Of a DNA stretch of 64,000 nt, positions 21,091 to 29,857 are shown in pieces. The stretch's first letter is position 1, and every line of letters starts with the position of its first letter. Origin of the DNA: Planctomycetota bacterium (GTDB lineage: Bacteria; Planctomycetota; UBA8108; SXIK01); contig CBDCXR010000004.1 in assembly GCA_965223845.1 (NCBI GenBank), positions 7,744,001-7,808,000 on the forward strand, written 5' to 3'. A program made the translations under genes and the position numbers. The notes beneath the pieces are model-generated. The model searched no databases. It had not been told where the DNA came from and worked only from the letters and a program-made list of their open reading frames with translations.

Positions 21091-22104
21091 GTGAGCTTTC
21101 AAAAACCCCACTTCGATCCCCAAGCCGCCGAGGGCGGCAAGCGTCACGCCGCGTCGAAGACGGTGACGTTTCGCTGGAGTGAAGAACCCGGCGACGTCTA
21201 TGTCTACTCGGACGAAATCATCCTCACGGTGAACGCCGCGATGGCCGCATCCCGGCCGCTCCTCGTGAGCGGGGATCCGGGGACGGGCAAAACCACGCTC
21301 GCGCGAGGGATCGCCGAGGTTTTGGAGCGCAAGTACTACAAGCGCGTCGTCACGTCGCGGACGAAGGCGACTGACCTCGCTTGGCGTTTCGATGCGCTGA
21401 AGCGTCTCAGCGAAGCTCAGGCCGCGACCAAGGACGAGCCGCTCCTCCCGCGGGCGGCGTTCGTCGAGCCCGAGGCCCTCTGGTGGTGCTTTGACCCTTC
21501 GACGGCAACCCAGCGCGGCGCGACGACCATCGAGGAGGCGAAGATCCAGCAACGCCAGGAGGATCTCCTTCCGGCGAAAGATCCCGATGACCGGCACGAC
21601 CGAACGGACGCCGTGCTCCTCATCGACGAGATCGACAAGGCGGAGCCGGACGTCCCGAACGATCTCCTCGAAACGCTCGACGAGCGGCGGTTCACCGTGA
21701 CCGATCTCGACACTCCGCGAGAGATCAACGCTGGAGATCGGAAGCCGTTCGTGATGATCACGACGAACGGAGAACGCGATCTTCCGCCGGCATTCATTCG
21801 TCGGTGCGCGTCTATCGAGCTTCCAGCACCGGATGAAGATTGGCTCGTCCGAGTCGCAAACGAGCACGACAGCGAGGGGTCGAAGGCGTTCCATCGCGAA
21901 GTTGCCAAGCGCATAGTCGCACTCGCAAAGGCCGCGAAAGAGCGCAACCAGCGTCCACCGAGCACGGCCGAGTTTCTCGACACGCTCGAAGCGTGCCGTG
22001 ATCTCGGCATCAAGAGTGCGTCTCACGCGCAATGGAAGACTCTCCTCGAGGCGATGGCCTGGAAGCGAACCGACAGCATGCCCGAGCTCGTGGAGGAGAC
22101 GTGA
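21091..22104 (+). CDS. MoxR family AAA+ ATPase
   Basis: RPLLVSGDPGTGKT, VLLIDEIDKA, DVPNDLL, ITTNGERDLPPAFIRRC, PSTAEFLD. Confidence 0.93.
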   Translation: MSFQKPHFDPQAAEGGKRHAASKTVTFRWSEEPGDVYVYSDEIILTVNAAMAASRPLLVSGDPGTGKTTLARGIAEVLERKYYKRVVTSRTKATDLAWRFDALKRLSEAQAATKDEPLLPRAAFVEPEALWWCFDPSTATQRGATTIEEAKIQQRQEDLLPAKDPDDRHDRTDAVLLIDEIDKAEPDVPNDLLETLDERRFTVTDLDTPREINAGDRKPFVMITTNGERDLPPAFIRRCASIELPAPDEDWLVRVANEHDSEGSKAFHREVAKRIVALAKAAKERNQRPPSTAEFLDTLEACRDLGIKSASHAQWKTLLEAMAWKRTDSMPELVEET

Positions 22105-23225
22105 CCGCTTCCGCGTCGCTAGCACGCCACGAGTCGGAGGGCCCCGACCGCCACCGAGTGAAGCCGCGAGGTGACGTCTCCCTCGGTGATCTTCTTCGGG
22201 CGATCGCTGCGCTCGGACTCCAGAAGAAGACTACTGATCGACGCGCTCACCTCGATCGGACCGTCGCGGCGCTCGGCCTCCCGGTCGAGCCGAAAGGGGC
22301 GCGCACGAGCGAGAGCGACGACGCGGAGCAAAGAACGCCGAGGCCTCCGGAGGGCGACGAGCACCGCCCGCAGTGGAAGCCGCCCGAGGAGCGAGTTCGA
22401 TCCGCGCCGCCGATTCCCGAGCCGAGAGACGTCGAGGAAACCGAGACGCCGCGTCCGGTTCGCCTTCTCAGGATCCAGTCCGTCCGTACGACCGCGACGC
22501 TCGCGCCGTGGACTCGTGCGAATGCGAAGCCGATGGACGAGCCGACCGCCGAGTCGTACCGCGACCCCGAGCCGCGCCCCCTCTTCGAGCCGCGTCTCGC
22601 GCGCTCGATTCTCGGCGCGGTCGCGCGGACGCGCGACCCCAGTTGCGACATCGATGTCGAGCAACTGGCGGACGACATCGCGCACGCACGACCGGTTACG
22701 GAGTTGCCGTTCGAGGTGGAATGGAGTCTCCGCCGCGGACTCCAGCTCCTCGTCGACCGCGGGAAGGGAATGGCGCCGTTCGCCTCGGACTGCGAGCGCA
22801 TTCGCGACGACCTCGACGCCGTCCTCGCCGACGACGCGTTTGACGTCCAGGAATTCGAGGGAAGCCCGACGCGGGGAGTGCTCGTCGACTGGTTCGAAAT
22901 CGACGACGACGATGATGATGATGACGATGATGGTACGGCTCCCTGGACGCCGCCCGTCGATGGGCGTCCGATCGTCGTCCTCAGCGATCTCGGTCTCGCT
23001 CCGATCTCTTCGATCGCGCGCGCGTCGAGTCGCGAATGGCGGGAATTCGGCGAGCGGGCGCGCCGAGCCGGCTCACCCGTAGTCTGCCTGAGTCCATATT
23101 CCACCGAGCGAACGCGTACCGTCGCGGGCGACGCGATGGAGTGTTTCCACTGGGACCGCTCAACCGGTACGAGCGAGGTCGCTCGTGTCCTCCGGCGCCT
23201 CCGCATTCGAGGTCACGGGAGGTGA
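22101..23225 (+). CDS. Divergent vWA-domain partner of MoxR
   Basis: GTGA overlap; DIDVEQLADDIA, LQLLVDRGKGMAPF, IVVLSDLG, typical of MoxR-linked vWA proteins; contains a D10 run. Confidence 0.75.
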   Translation: MTASASLARHESEGPDRHRVKPRGDVSLGDLLRAIAALGLQKKTTDRRAHLDRTVAALGLPVEPKGARTSESDDAEQRTPRPPEGDEHRPQWKPPEERVRSAPPIPEPRDVEETETPRPVRLLRIQSVRTTATLAPWTRANAKPMDEPTAESYRDPEPRPLFEPRLARSILGAVARTRDPSCDIDVEQLADDIAHARPVTELPFEVEWSLRRGLQLLVDRGKGMAPFASDCERIRDDLDAVLADDAFDVQEFEGSPTRGVLVDWFEIDDDDDDDDDDGTAPWTPPVDGRPIVVLSDLGLAPISSIARASSREWREFGERARRAGSPVVCLSPYSTERTRTVAGDAMECFHWDRSTGTSEVARVLRRLRIRGHGR

Positions 23226-23232
23226 GCCGGGG

Positions 23233-26200
23233 ATGACGATGCGAGAGCGCGCCGAGAGAACGATTCGTCGTTTCTACGAACGTCGACCGAATGCGTTTGA
23301 GCTCGCCCGCGTCGCATCGCTCGCCGTTCGCGTCGACGCGGCGCTCCTCCGCGCGCTCCGGATCGATCTCCTTCGCGGCGTTCCCGCCGGCGCGGAAGCC
23401 GACGTTTGGTTCTCGCCGCTCGTCGCCGCACCGGGCGCGACCGGCTTCGTGTTCGACCGCGGCGTCTGCGACCTCCTCCGGCTCGATCTCGCTCAGGATC
23501 AGACGCTTCTTCGACGGGCGTACGACATCGTGAGCGAGGTCCACTCGGGTGCGCCGCCGTCCCAGCAGATCGAGGAGCGCCTCATCTACTACGGGCTTCT
23601 TGACGATCCCGGATCGAACGATGAACTCACTGCGACCTTCTACGAAGCCCTCGCAGCACTTACCGCTAACAAGAAGCGAGGCGGAGAGGTCGCGCGCTGG
23701 GCGGCGCGAGCGCTTCCCGGTCTCCCGGCAAATGCACAGACCAACACTGCCGCTCACCTCCTCGACGTCGGCAGCGCAGCGAGGCTCCGCGGCGCGGCGA
23801 TTCTCGATCGCGAGCTCACGCGCTTCGCGGCACCCGCGACCCTCCGGCACGTCCTCCCGCGCACGTCGAAGAAAAAGATCGGCATCCGCGTCTACGACGG
23901 CGTCTTCGAGATCGTCGAATCGGGCCGTGACGCGAGCACGGCGATCGAAGTGCCCGACGTACCGGGGTCCTACCTGACGCTCAAGTGGCGAGCGTATCTC
24001 CCGCGCGAGGGACGTCGAACGATCCTTGCCCAGCCGGGCGAACGGGTTTCGATTCCGCGGAATCGGAGGGAACTGCTCGACGACGCGCTCGAGCGCCTTG
24101 CGGACGAATGCGATCTGACAACGGCGGCGTACTATCACCGCGGCGCGAACTCGAACGCGCTCCTCTTGACCGCCGTCTTCCAGCGCGATCCGGGAGGACT
24201 CGAGGTCAAGCCGCGTCTCGCCTACAGTCCGCTCATCTCGGAGGCCGTTCGTTCCACGGGGTCGATCGTTCAGCCTGACCTCGAGGAAACGATGCTCGCG
24301 GACGATCCCGCTTTCGCGATCGGCGTCGACGGCGAAGACGACGCCCACGGCGTTTTCGCCGCATGGCAGCCTCCTCCGAGCACCGAGCGAGAACAGAATC
24401 GCCTCGTGCGAGGCGCGAAACGTCTCGGAAAGATCGTCGAAGCGTGGCCGATTCGCGTCCGCACGATGGAGGGCGACGAGTTCGCGCTCGAGCTCCTCGA
24501 TGAGCGAGACGAAGAGGCGGACGACGATTCCCGTGAGAACGTAGCGGAGCCCGAGGTCGAATCGGAGGACGATGCGAAAGCCGCCGAGCAGCTTCGCCTC
24601 GGGACGTTCACTGTGGAGATCCCCGAAAGCGCGGATGTCGGGTTTTTTCTTTCGCCGACGCACGGCCTGACGATCTCCCGCGATTACGAACCGGGAATGA
24701 CTCTCCGGGCGAGCTACGGTGGCGCGTTCCACGAGGTGCGAGTGCTTCACGTGGAGGTCGATCCAGGTGAAGACGAGGCGGAGCGGCTCCAAGAGTCTCG
24801 CGTGTCCAACGCTCAGATTGCGGCCGAGCGCGACAGTGGGCGCCCACTCATGGCGGTGATCGAATTCGACTCGCCAGTTCGGTCGATTCAGGTCCTCCCG
24901 CGACTCCGCGAGCGCCGATCGCTCGAAACTGGCGCCCGTTGGTTCACGATCGCGCGGGCCGAGCTCGATGGCGGACTTCGTTCGGGCACGATCGAGCGGT
25001 TCGACGCGGAGGACACCGAGGTCGTGCTCCGCTCTCCGACGCCCATCCTCGGCGAGGTTACCGACGGCGCACCGATCATCGTCGACGGCACGGTCGTCGG
25101 AGTCGTGTCGGCGGTCGGAGCCATCGACCGTCCGGGAGCGACCGAAACAGAGTACCGGGTCGTCGCGATCCCGATTTGGCGCCTTCGGCGTCTGCTCGAC
25201 GAGATTCCGTACGACGCGTACTTCTCCTATCACCCCGACGATCGCGACGCTGCGAACGAACTCGCGGAGGCGCTCAGAGACCGTGGACTCCGCATTTGGA
25301 CTCCCGAAAGCGAGCTCTCCGCGGGCAAGGACTGGAAGTCGAGCGAGACGACGGCGCTCACGCGCTCGAAATCCGCGGTCCTCTTCTTCTCCGAGAGTCG
25401 AACGCGCTGGAAGGTCGACGTAGATCTCGACGTCGCAACGAAGCTTGCGGAAACCGAGCCCGCCTTCGATGTGTTGCCCGTGGTCTTTCCACCGGTCGGC
25501 ATCGAGCATCTGCCCGCGGGAGTCCGCACGCGGCAGATCTACACATTCGATTCGAGTGCCGCCGAAAAACTCGCGGACGAGATCTTCGCGCGTATCGCTC
25601 GGCCCGTCGCGGCGGAGGATGCTACGGAGGAGCCCGAGGCGACAGATCTTCCGACCTGGAAAGAAGCGATCGAAGCGATTCGTTCGAGCAAGCAGTACGA
25701 CGGGCTCGAGCTGAAGCCGCAGGACGGCCTCCAGCCACTCGGACCCGACCCGGAGAGCGGACTCTGGGAGTTCCTGCACGTCGAGACGGGCGAGCCGCCC
25801 GAGCGAGATTCCCACGGAAGGACCGTTCCTACGGCCGCGATGGGGATCGTGCTGGTGCTTCTTCCGGGCGGACGGTTTTGGATGGGGTCGCAGAAACCGC
25901 CCGTCGGCGCGACGACCTCTTCGGTCGGGGGCGGACGGCCTTTTCAGAATCAGGATCCGGATTCCCGCGAGAATGAGCGTCCGGTCCACGAGGTCGAGCT
26001 CAGCCCGTTCTTTATCGCGAAGTACCAGCTCACCGAGGCGCAGTGGTCGCGATCGACTGCGATGCCCTCTTCTGAGGAAAGGTCCGAAGGAACGACCACG
26101 GCCAAGGTCGAACCCAAGTCGCAGAACGCATTAGAGTACTGCGCCACTCAAGGATTGACGCTGCCGACCGAGGCGCAATGGGAGTACGCGTGCCGAGCTG

Positions 26201-26559
26201 GCACCTACACGCCGTACAGCGGAACAGGAAACCTCGACGAGATGGGCTGGTACGAGAAAAACAGCGGCGATCGGATCCACAACGTCGGCGAGAAGCGACC
26301 CAATCACTGGGGCCTCTACGACGTTCACGGAAACGTATGGGAATGGTGCGTGGACCAATTCGATCACGAGTTCTACTCGCGGGAGGAAGCGACGAGGCGC
26401 GATCCGACCTGCGACGAAGGACGCTCCGGTGGCCGGGTGCTGCGGGGCGGCGGCTTCGACGATTTCGCCGAGCTAACTCGCTCGGCTTTCCGTATCGGGG
26501 ACGCGCCGGAGGCTCGCAACCTCAACGTGGGTTTTCGCCCCGTGAGAACGATCGACTAA
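23233..26559 (+). CDS. Multidomain effector: helical N-terminus, GAF-like, trypsin-like, TIR, FGE-sulfatase (SUMF1) domain
   Basis: LARVASLAVRVDAALLRALR..AEADVWFSPLV; GAPIIVDGTVVGVV; YDAYFSYHPDD; LPTEAQWEYACRAG, GLYDVHGNVWEW, RVLRGG, VGFR. Confidence 0.8.
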   Translation: MTMRERAERTIRRFYERRPNAFELARVASLAVRVDAALLRALRIDLLRGVPAGAEADVWFSPLVAAPGATGFVFDRGVCDLLRLDLAQDQTLLRRAYDIVSEVHSGAPPSQQIEERLIYYGLLDDPGSNDELTATFYEALAALTANKKRGGEVARWAARALPGLPANAQTNTAAHLLDVGSAARLRGAAILDRELTRFAAPATLRHVLPRTSKKKIGIRVYDGVFEIVESGRDASTAIEVPDVPGSYLTLKWRAYLPREGRRTILAQPGERVSIPRNRRELLDDALERLADECDLTTAAYYHRGANSNALLLTAVFQRDPGGLEVKPRLAYSPLISEAVRSTGSIVQPDLEETMLADDPAFAIGVDGEDDAHGVFAAWQPPPSTEREQNRLVRGAKRLGKIVEAWPIRVRTMEGDEFALELLDERDEEADDDSRENVAEPEVESEDDAKAAEQLRLGTFTVEIPESADVGFFLSPTHGLTISRDYEPGMTLRASYGGAFHEVRVLHVEVDPGEDEAERLQESRVSNAQIAAERDSGRPLMAVIEFDSPVRSIQVLPRLRERRSLETGARWFTIARAELDGGLRSGTIERFDAEDTEVVLRSPTPILGEVTDGAPIIVDGTVVGVVSAVGAIDRPGATETEYRVVAIPIWRLRRLLDEIPYDAYFSYHPDDRDAANELAEALRDRGLRIWTPESELSAGKDWKSSETTALTRSKSAVLFFSESRTRWKVDVDLDVATKLAETEPAFDVLPVVFPPVGIEHLPAGVRTRQIYTFDSSAAEKLADEIFARIARPVAAEDATEEPEATDLPTWKEAIEAIRSSKQYDGLELKPQDGLQPLGPDPESGLWEFLHVETGEPPERDSHGRTVPTAAMGIVLVLLPGGRFWMGSQKPPVGATTSSVGGGRPFQNQDPDSRENERPVHEVELSPFFIAKYQLTEAQWSRSTAMPSSEERSEGTTTAKVEPKSQNALEYCATQGLTLPTEAQWEYACRAGTYTPYSGTGNLDEMGWYEKNSGDRIHNVGEKRPNHWGLYDVHGNVWEWCVDQFDHEFYSREEATRRDPTCDEGRSGGRVLRGGGFDDFAELTRSAFRIGDAPEARNLNVGFRPVRTID

Positions 26560-26610
26560 CCCGACGCTCTCGATCAAGCTCCGGTTCAAATCCTCCTCTC
26601 CCTCTCTCCC

Positions 26611-26651
26611 CTTCCTCTGCCTTCGCGTCCCCTTCGCGCCCTTCGTGTGAA
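26611..26651 (-). repeat. CGAAG-periodic repeat, copy D
   Basis: Reverse complement TTCACACGAAGGGCGCGAAGGGGACGCGAAGGCAGAGGAAG. Confidence 0.85.
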
Positions 26652-26687
26652 CCTCTTCCTCTCCCTCTTTCGCTTCCGCTTCCCCAC

Positions 26688-27746
26688 TCAAAACCGAACC
26701 CCCAACCCCCCGCTCACGAAGAAACTCTGATGCGACCCCGCATCATCGTCGAGCGGAGAATCTCCACCATCCGGCGCGTCCGACGTCCGATACGACACCG
26801 AAGTGAACACCGAGCCCCAGCTCCACAGGTACTCGAGCCCCAGGTCGACGCTTCCCGTCGTCACCACCGACGACTCGTAGAAGTCGCCGCTCCGCACGCC
26901 ATCGATCGACACTTCGGTGTCATCGTAGAAGAGTGCGCCGGTTGTTCCCTGAAGGAAGAAGCGGAAACCCGTCGAGTGAATGTCTTCGTCGAAGAGGATG
27001 CGCTTCAACTCGTCGAAATCGCCAAAGGATCCGAGGAGCGCGAACGGCGCTGACAGCCGGACACCCGCGTGCACCGACGTCGAATCGAGGTCGCCGAACG
27101 ACACGCGTGAGCCGTCGATCGTTCGTGTCCGACCGGCGTGGGATTCGAACGCGCCGCCGACGAGGACGGTCAGCACCGGTACGGGCTGGAGCCCGAGATC
27201 GACGCCCGCACGGATCCCGTCGCGAAAGAGTCCGCGGTAACTGCGCTCGCCGCCGTCGCCGAAGGTCCCGAGCGCGTACCCGAAGTGGGGGAGAAGGCGG
27301 AACCGCCAGCCGGCGTCGCGCTCGCCGTCGTCGTGACCGGGATCGATGCGGATGCTCTTCTCTCGGAGAACGCCCGAGTCATCGAAGACGAACTGAAGCT
27401 CGTTCGTATCCTCCGAACCCTCGCCGACTCGGAGGAACGTATGCTGATATCCGAAGAGAGGCGTCGGGATGCGAAAACGAAGACCGACGTCGAGCTCGTC
27501 GCGGTACGAATAAAAGAGCCGATCTTCATCGCCCGTCCACTCGAGACGTGTCGGGGCACCGAGAGCGTCGAGCGTCTCGCCGAGCGTCGCCTCGTCGACG
27601 GCGAGCTCGTCGTACGCTTTCTTGTCGATCGGTGATTCCGAGCGCATCCGGATGACGTCGATCCGACATCCGGTCGCCGCGAGAAGGGCGATGAGCCCGA
27701 AATAAGTTGCGGCGAGACGGCTGCGCCGGCGGGCGCGACGAATCAT
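26688..27746 (-). CDS. Lipoprotein with SmpA/BamE-like N-domain and putative outer-membrane beta-barrel
   Basis: Lipobox ATGC; TLGETLDALGAP...FVFDDSGVL; alternating beta strands; C-terminal GGLGVRF. Confidence 0.6.
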   Translation of the reverse strand: MIRRARRRSRLAATYFGLIALLAATGCRIDVIRMRSESPIDKKAYDELAVDEATLGETLDALGAPTRLEWTGDEDRLFYSYRDELDVGLRFRIPTPLFGYQHTFLRVGEGSEDTNELQFVFDDSGVLREKSIRIDPGHDDGERDAGWRFRLLPHFGYALGTFGDGGERSYRGLFRDGIRAGVDLGLQPVPVLTVLVGGAFESHAGRTRTIDGSRVSFGDLDSTSVHAGVRLSAPFALLGSFGDFDELKRILFDEDIHSTGFRFFLQGTTGALFYDDTEVSIDGVRSGDFYESSVVTTGSVDLGLEYLWSWGSVFTSVSYRTSDAPDGGDSPLDDDAGSHQSFFVSGGLGVRF

Positions 27747-27749
27747 GCG

Positions 27750-28151
27750 CTACTTCCCGAACGGAAAGCCGTAGGAGGCGTCTTCCGCGCGGAACGTCGC
27801 GCCGACGTGCGTCACCTTGCCGGCCTCATCGAAGAAGACGACGACGCGGTCGCTCTTCTCGTCGGAGTTTCCGAAGTTGACGAGCGCGAGCGAGATCACG
27901 CTGAACTTCGTGGTCGAGTGATCGTAGATATACGCGTGCTCGCGCAGCGGATCGTGCTCCCGATTGCTGAAGACGATTTCCTGCGGCGCGCCGAGGAGCC
28001 GAGTGACGTCGGCCTTCGTCGAGTTCTGGGTGATCTGGCTCACCGCCTCGGGGGACAAACGGTGGTCGACCTGCCGCCGCGCGAACGCAAGGCAACCCGT
28101 GAGAGACGGAAGAACTCCGATGACGGTGAGGCTGAGTAGCAGTCGATACAC
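27750..28151 (-). CDS. SmpA/OmlA/BamE-like lipoprotein
   Basis: GTG after AGGAG; lipobox LTGC; STKADVTRLLGAP...VVVFFDEAGKV. Confidence 0.75.
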   Translation of the reverse strand: MYRLLLSLTVIGVLPSLTGCLAFARRQVDHRLSPEAVSQITQNSTKADVTRLLGAPQEIVFSNREHDPLREHAYIYDHSTTKFSVISLALVNFGNSDEKSDRVVVFFDEAGKVTHVGATFRAEDASYGFPFGK

Positions 28152-28324
28152 TCCGGTGCTCCTTTCGGGTGTCACCCTTCAGCGCGGTGGCGCCTGAGTT
28201 CGAGTTGGCGGTAAATCAGCGAGCGCGAGGGCGCGAGGATCGTCGAGGACAAGTTCAGTGAAGGCGGCGGTGCTGGAGGTTTCCGTGGACTGAACGGGAC
28301 ATCGGACGGACCGCCGAATTCGAA

Positions 28325-28732
28325 CTAAGACCCTTCGATCCACTCGTACCCGTCCGGGTACATCTCTTTCTTCCAGATCGGCACGCGCTCTTTGAGCGTG
28401 TCGATCGCGTAGCGCAAGGCGTCGAAACCCTCGGCGCGGTGCGCCGAGGCGACCGCGATGAAAACGCTCGTCTCTCCGACTTCTAAGTAGCCGACCCGGT
28501 GGACGATCTCAACGTTCGATCCCGGCCAGCGCTCGCGCACTTCCGCTTCGATGGCTTCCATTTCGCGCGTTGCCATCGCGCCGTACGCGTGGTAGTCGAT
28601 GCCGGTGACCGCTTTCCCGCGGTGGTGATCGCGCACCGTGCCGGCGAATGTGAGCACCGCGCCGGCGCCCGCGCTGGCGACGTCGCGCGTCGCGCGCTCG
28701 GGATCGATCGTTTCGGAGACGAGACGAGCCAC
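28325..28732 (-). CDS. moaE: Molybdopterin synthase large subunit
   Basis: GAVLTFAGTVRD, HRVGYL, SAHR, LKERVPIWKKE. Confidence 0.95.
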   Translation of the reverse strand: MARLVSETIDPERATRDVASAGAGAVLTFAGTVRDHHRGKAVTGIDYHAYGAMATREMEAIEAEVRERWPGSNVEIVHRVGYLEVGETSVFIAVASAHRAEGFDALRYAIDTLKERVPIWKKEMYPDGYEWIEGS

Positions 28733-28744
28733 GGCGCTCCGGCG

Positions 28745-28990
28745 TCAACCGCCGCTCACGGGAGGGATCAGGGCGAGCACCGCGCCGTCGCGAAGCGGAG
28801 TGTCGGCGGAGACGAACTCTTCGTCGAGAGCGGTGCGACAGCTCGCGATCGCGCCCGCGAGGTCGGGATTCTCCTTCGTGAGGCGTGCGACAGCGTCTTC
28901 GACCGTCGAGTCGGGAGGGACTTCGAGGGAATGCTCGTTCGTGCGAGCGAGCTCGCGGAGGCGTGCGAAATAGAGGACGCGAATTTGCAT
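28745..28990 (-). CDS. moaD: Molybdopterin synthase sulfur carrier subunit
   Basis: MQIRVLYFARLRE...LALIPPVSGG (C-terminal GG); adjacent to moaE. Confidence 0.93.
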   Translation of the reverse strand: MQIRVLYFARLRELARTNEHSLEVPPDSTVEDAVARLTKENPDLAGAIASCRTALDEEFVSADTPLRDGAVLALIPPVSGG

Positions 28991-29022
28991 CGGGGGACTC
29001 TCGGTTCGTCGACCAGGAGAGT

Positions 29023-29598
29023 CTAACACGACGGATTCTCGTCTCGCTCGTCCATCGCGCCCTCCGGGCCCGCGAGCTCCTGCGCCATCGTCTGCATCCG
29101 TACCGCGTCGCGGACGGGAGTCCGGCGGAGCGCCGCGCCGATGCGGACGAGGAGAAGAAGGAGACTCGAGTGGATCGCCATCGGGACGATGGGTTTGGTC
29201 CCGGACGCCTCCGTCGAGACCGCACCCGCGAGCGCGGCGCCGATCCAAGCAACCTGGTAGAGGGTGAGAAGCAACGCGGTCAGCCAGCCACCCTTCCGCC
29301 GCCTCGTGATCGCGAGACCGCTCATCGTCAGCAGGATCCCGACGACAAGAAAGGACAGCCAGTGGTGTCCCGAAGGCCACGGCGCGAGGGGGTACCACCC
29401 GATGAGCGCTCGACTCCAGTGGTCCGGTCCCGAGCCTTCGATGAAGACTCCGAACGCTCCGATCGCAAATCCGGTCGTGCACAGGGCGACGCCCCCGAGG
29501 TAGAGCCAGAGGAATTCGCGCGCGAGCTCGGGCGCGTAGCCACACACGCGACACGGGAAGTCACTATCGGCGGGGGTGTTACAGTTCGGGCAGCGCAT
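29023..29598 (-). CDS. Membrane protein with N-terminal zinc ribbon
   Basis: CPNC..CRVC followed by about 4 hydrophobic segments. Confidence 0.65.
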   Translation of the reverse strand: MRCPNCNTPADSDFPCRVCGYAPELAREFLWLYLGGVALCTTGFAIGAFGVFIEGSGPDHWSRALIGWYPLAPWPSGHHWLSFLVVGILLTMSGLAITRRRKGGWLTALLLTLYQVAWIGAALAGAVSTEASGTKPIVPMAIHSSLLLLLVRIGAALRRTPVRDAVRMQTMAQELAGPEGAMDERDENPSC

Positions 29599-29714
29599 CT
29601 CGAGAAACTAAGGGGGGAACGGACGGGAGTCTCGGGCTCGACGCCATCGTCGATGGCCGCCGGCGGGCCGTGTTGTACCACATCTTCATCTTCCCGTCCG
29701 CGTTCCCGTCCGGC

Positions 29715-29742
29715 TTGACGCGATTCGCGTCCGGGCTACACT
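29715..29742 (+). promoter_or_regulatory. Putative sigma70 promoter of the FHA gene
   Basis: TTGACG, N16, TACACT. Confidence 0.4.
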
Positions 29743-29857
29743 CGAGCGGAGCGGTGGCGCGTGCGGGAAGAGTGGTCCATTCTCGCCGCCCGCGTCTCCC
29801 GCAGGTGTCGATTCACCCGGTGAAGTTCCGGACGGCGGAAGCGGAGAGAGCGCGCCA

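Noticed and set aside
17180-26651. CGAAG repeats as a CRISPR array or classical IS ends
   Set aside because: Not regularly spaced, alternate in orientation, no cas or transposase gene, no target-site duplication seen
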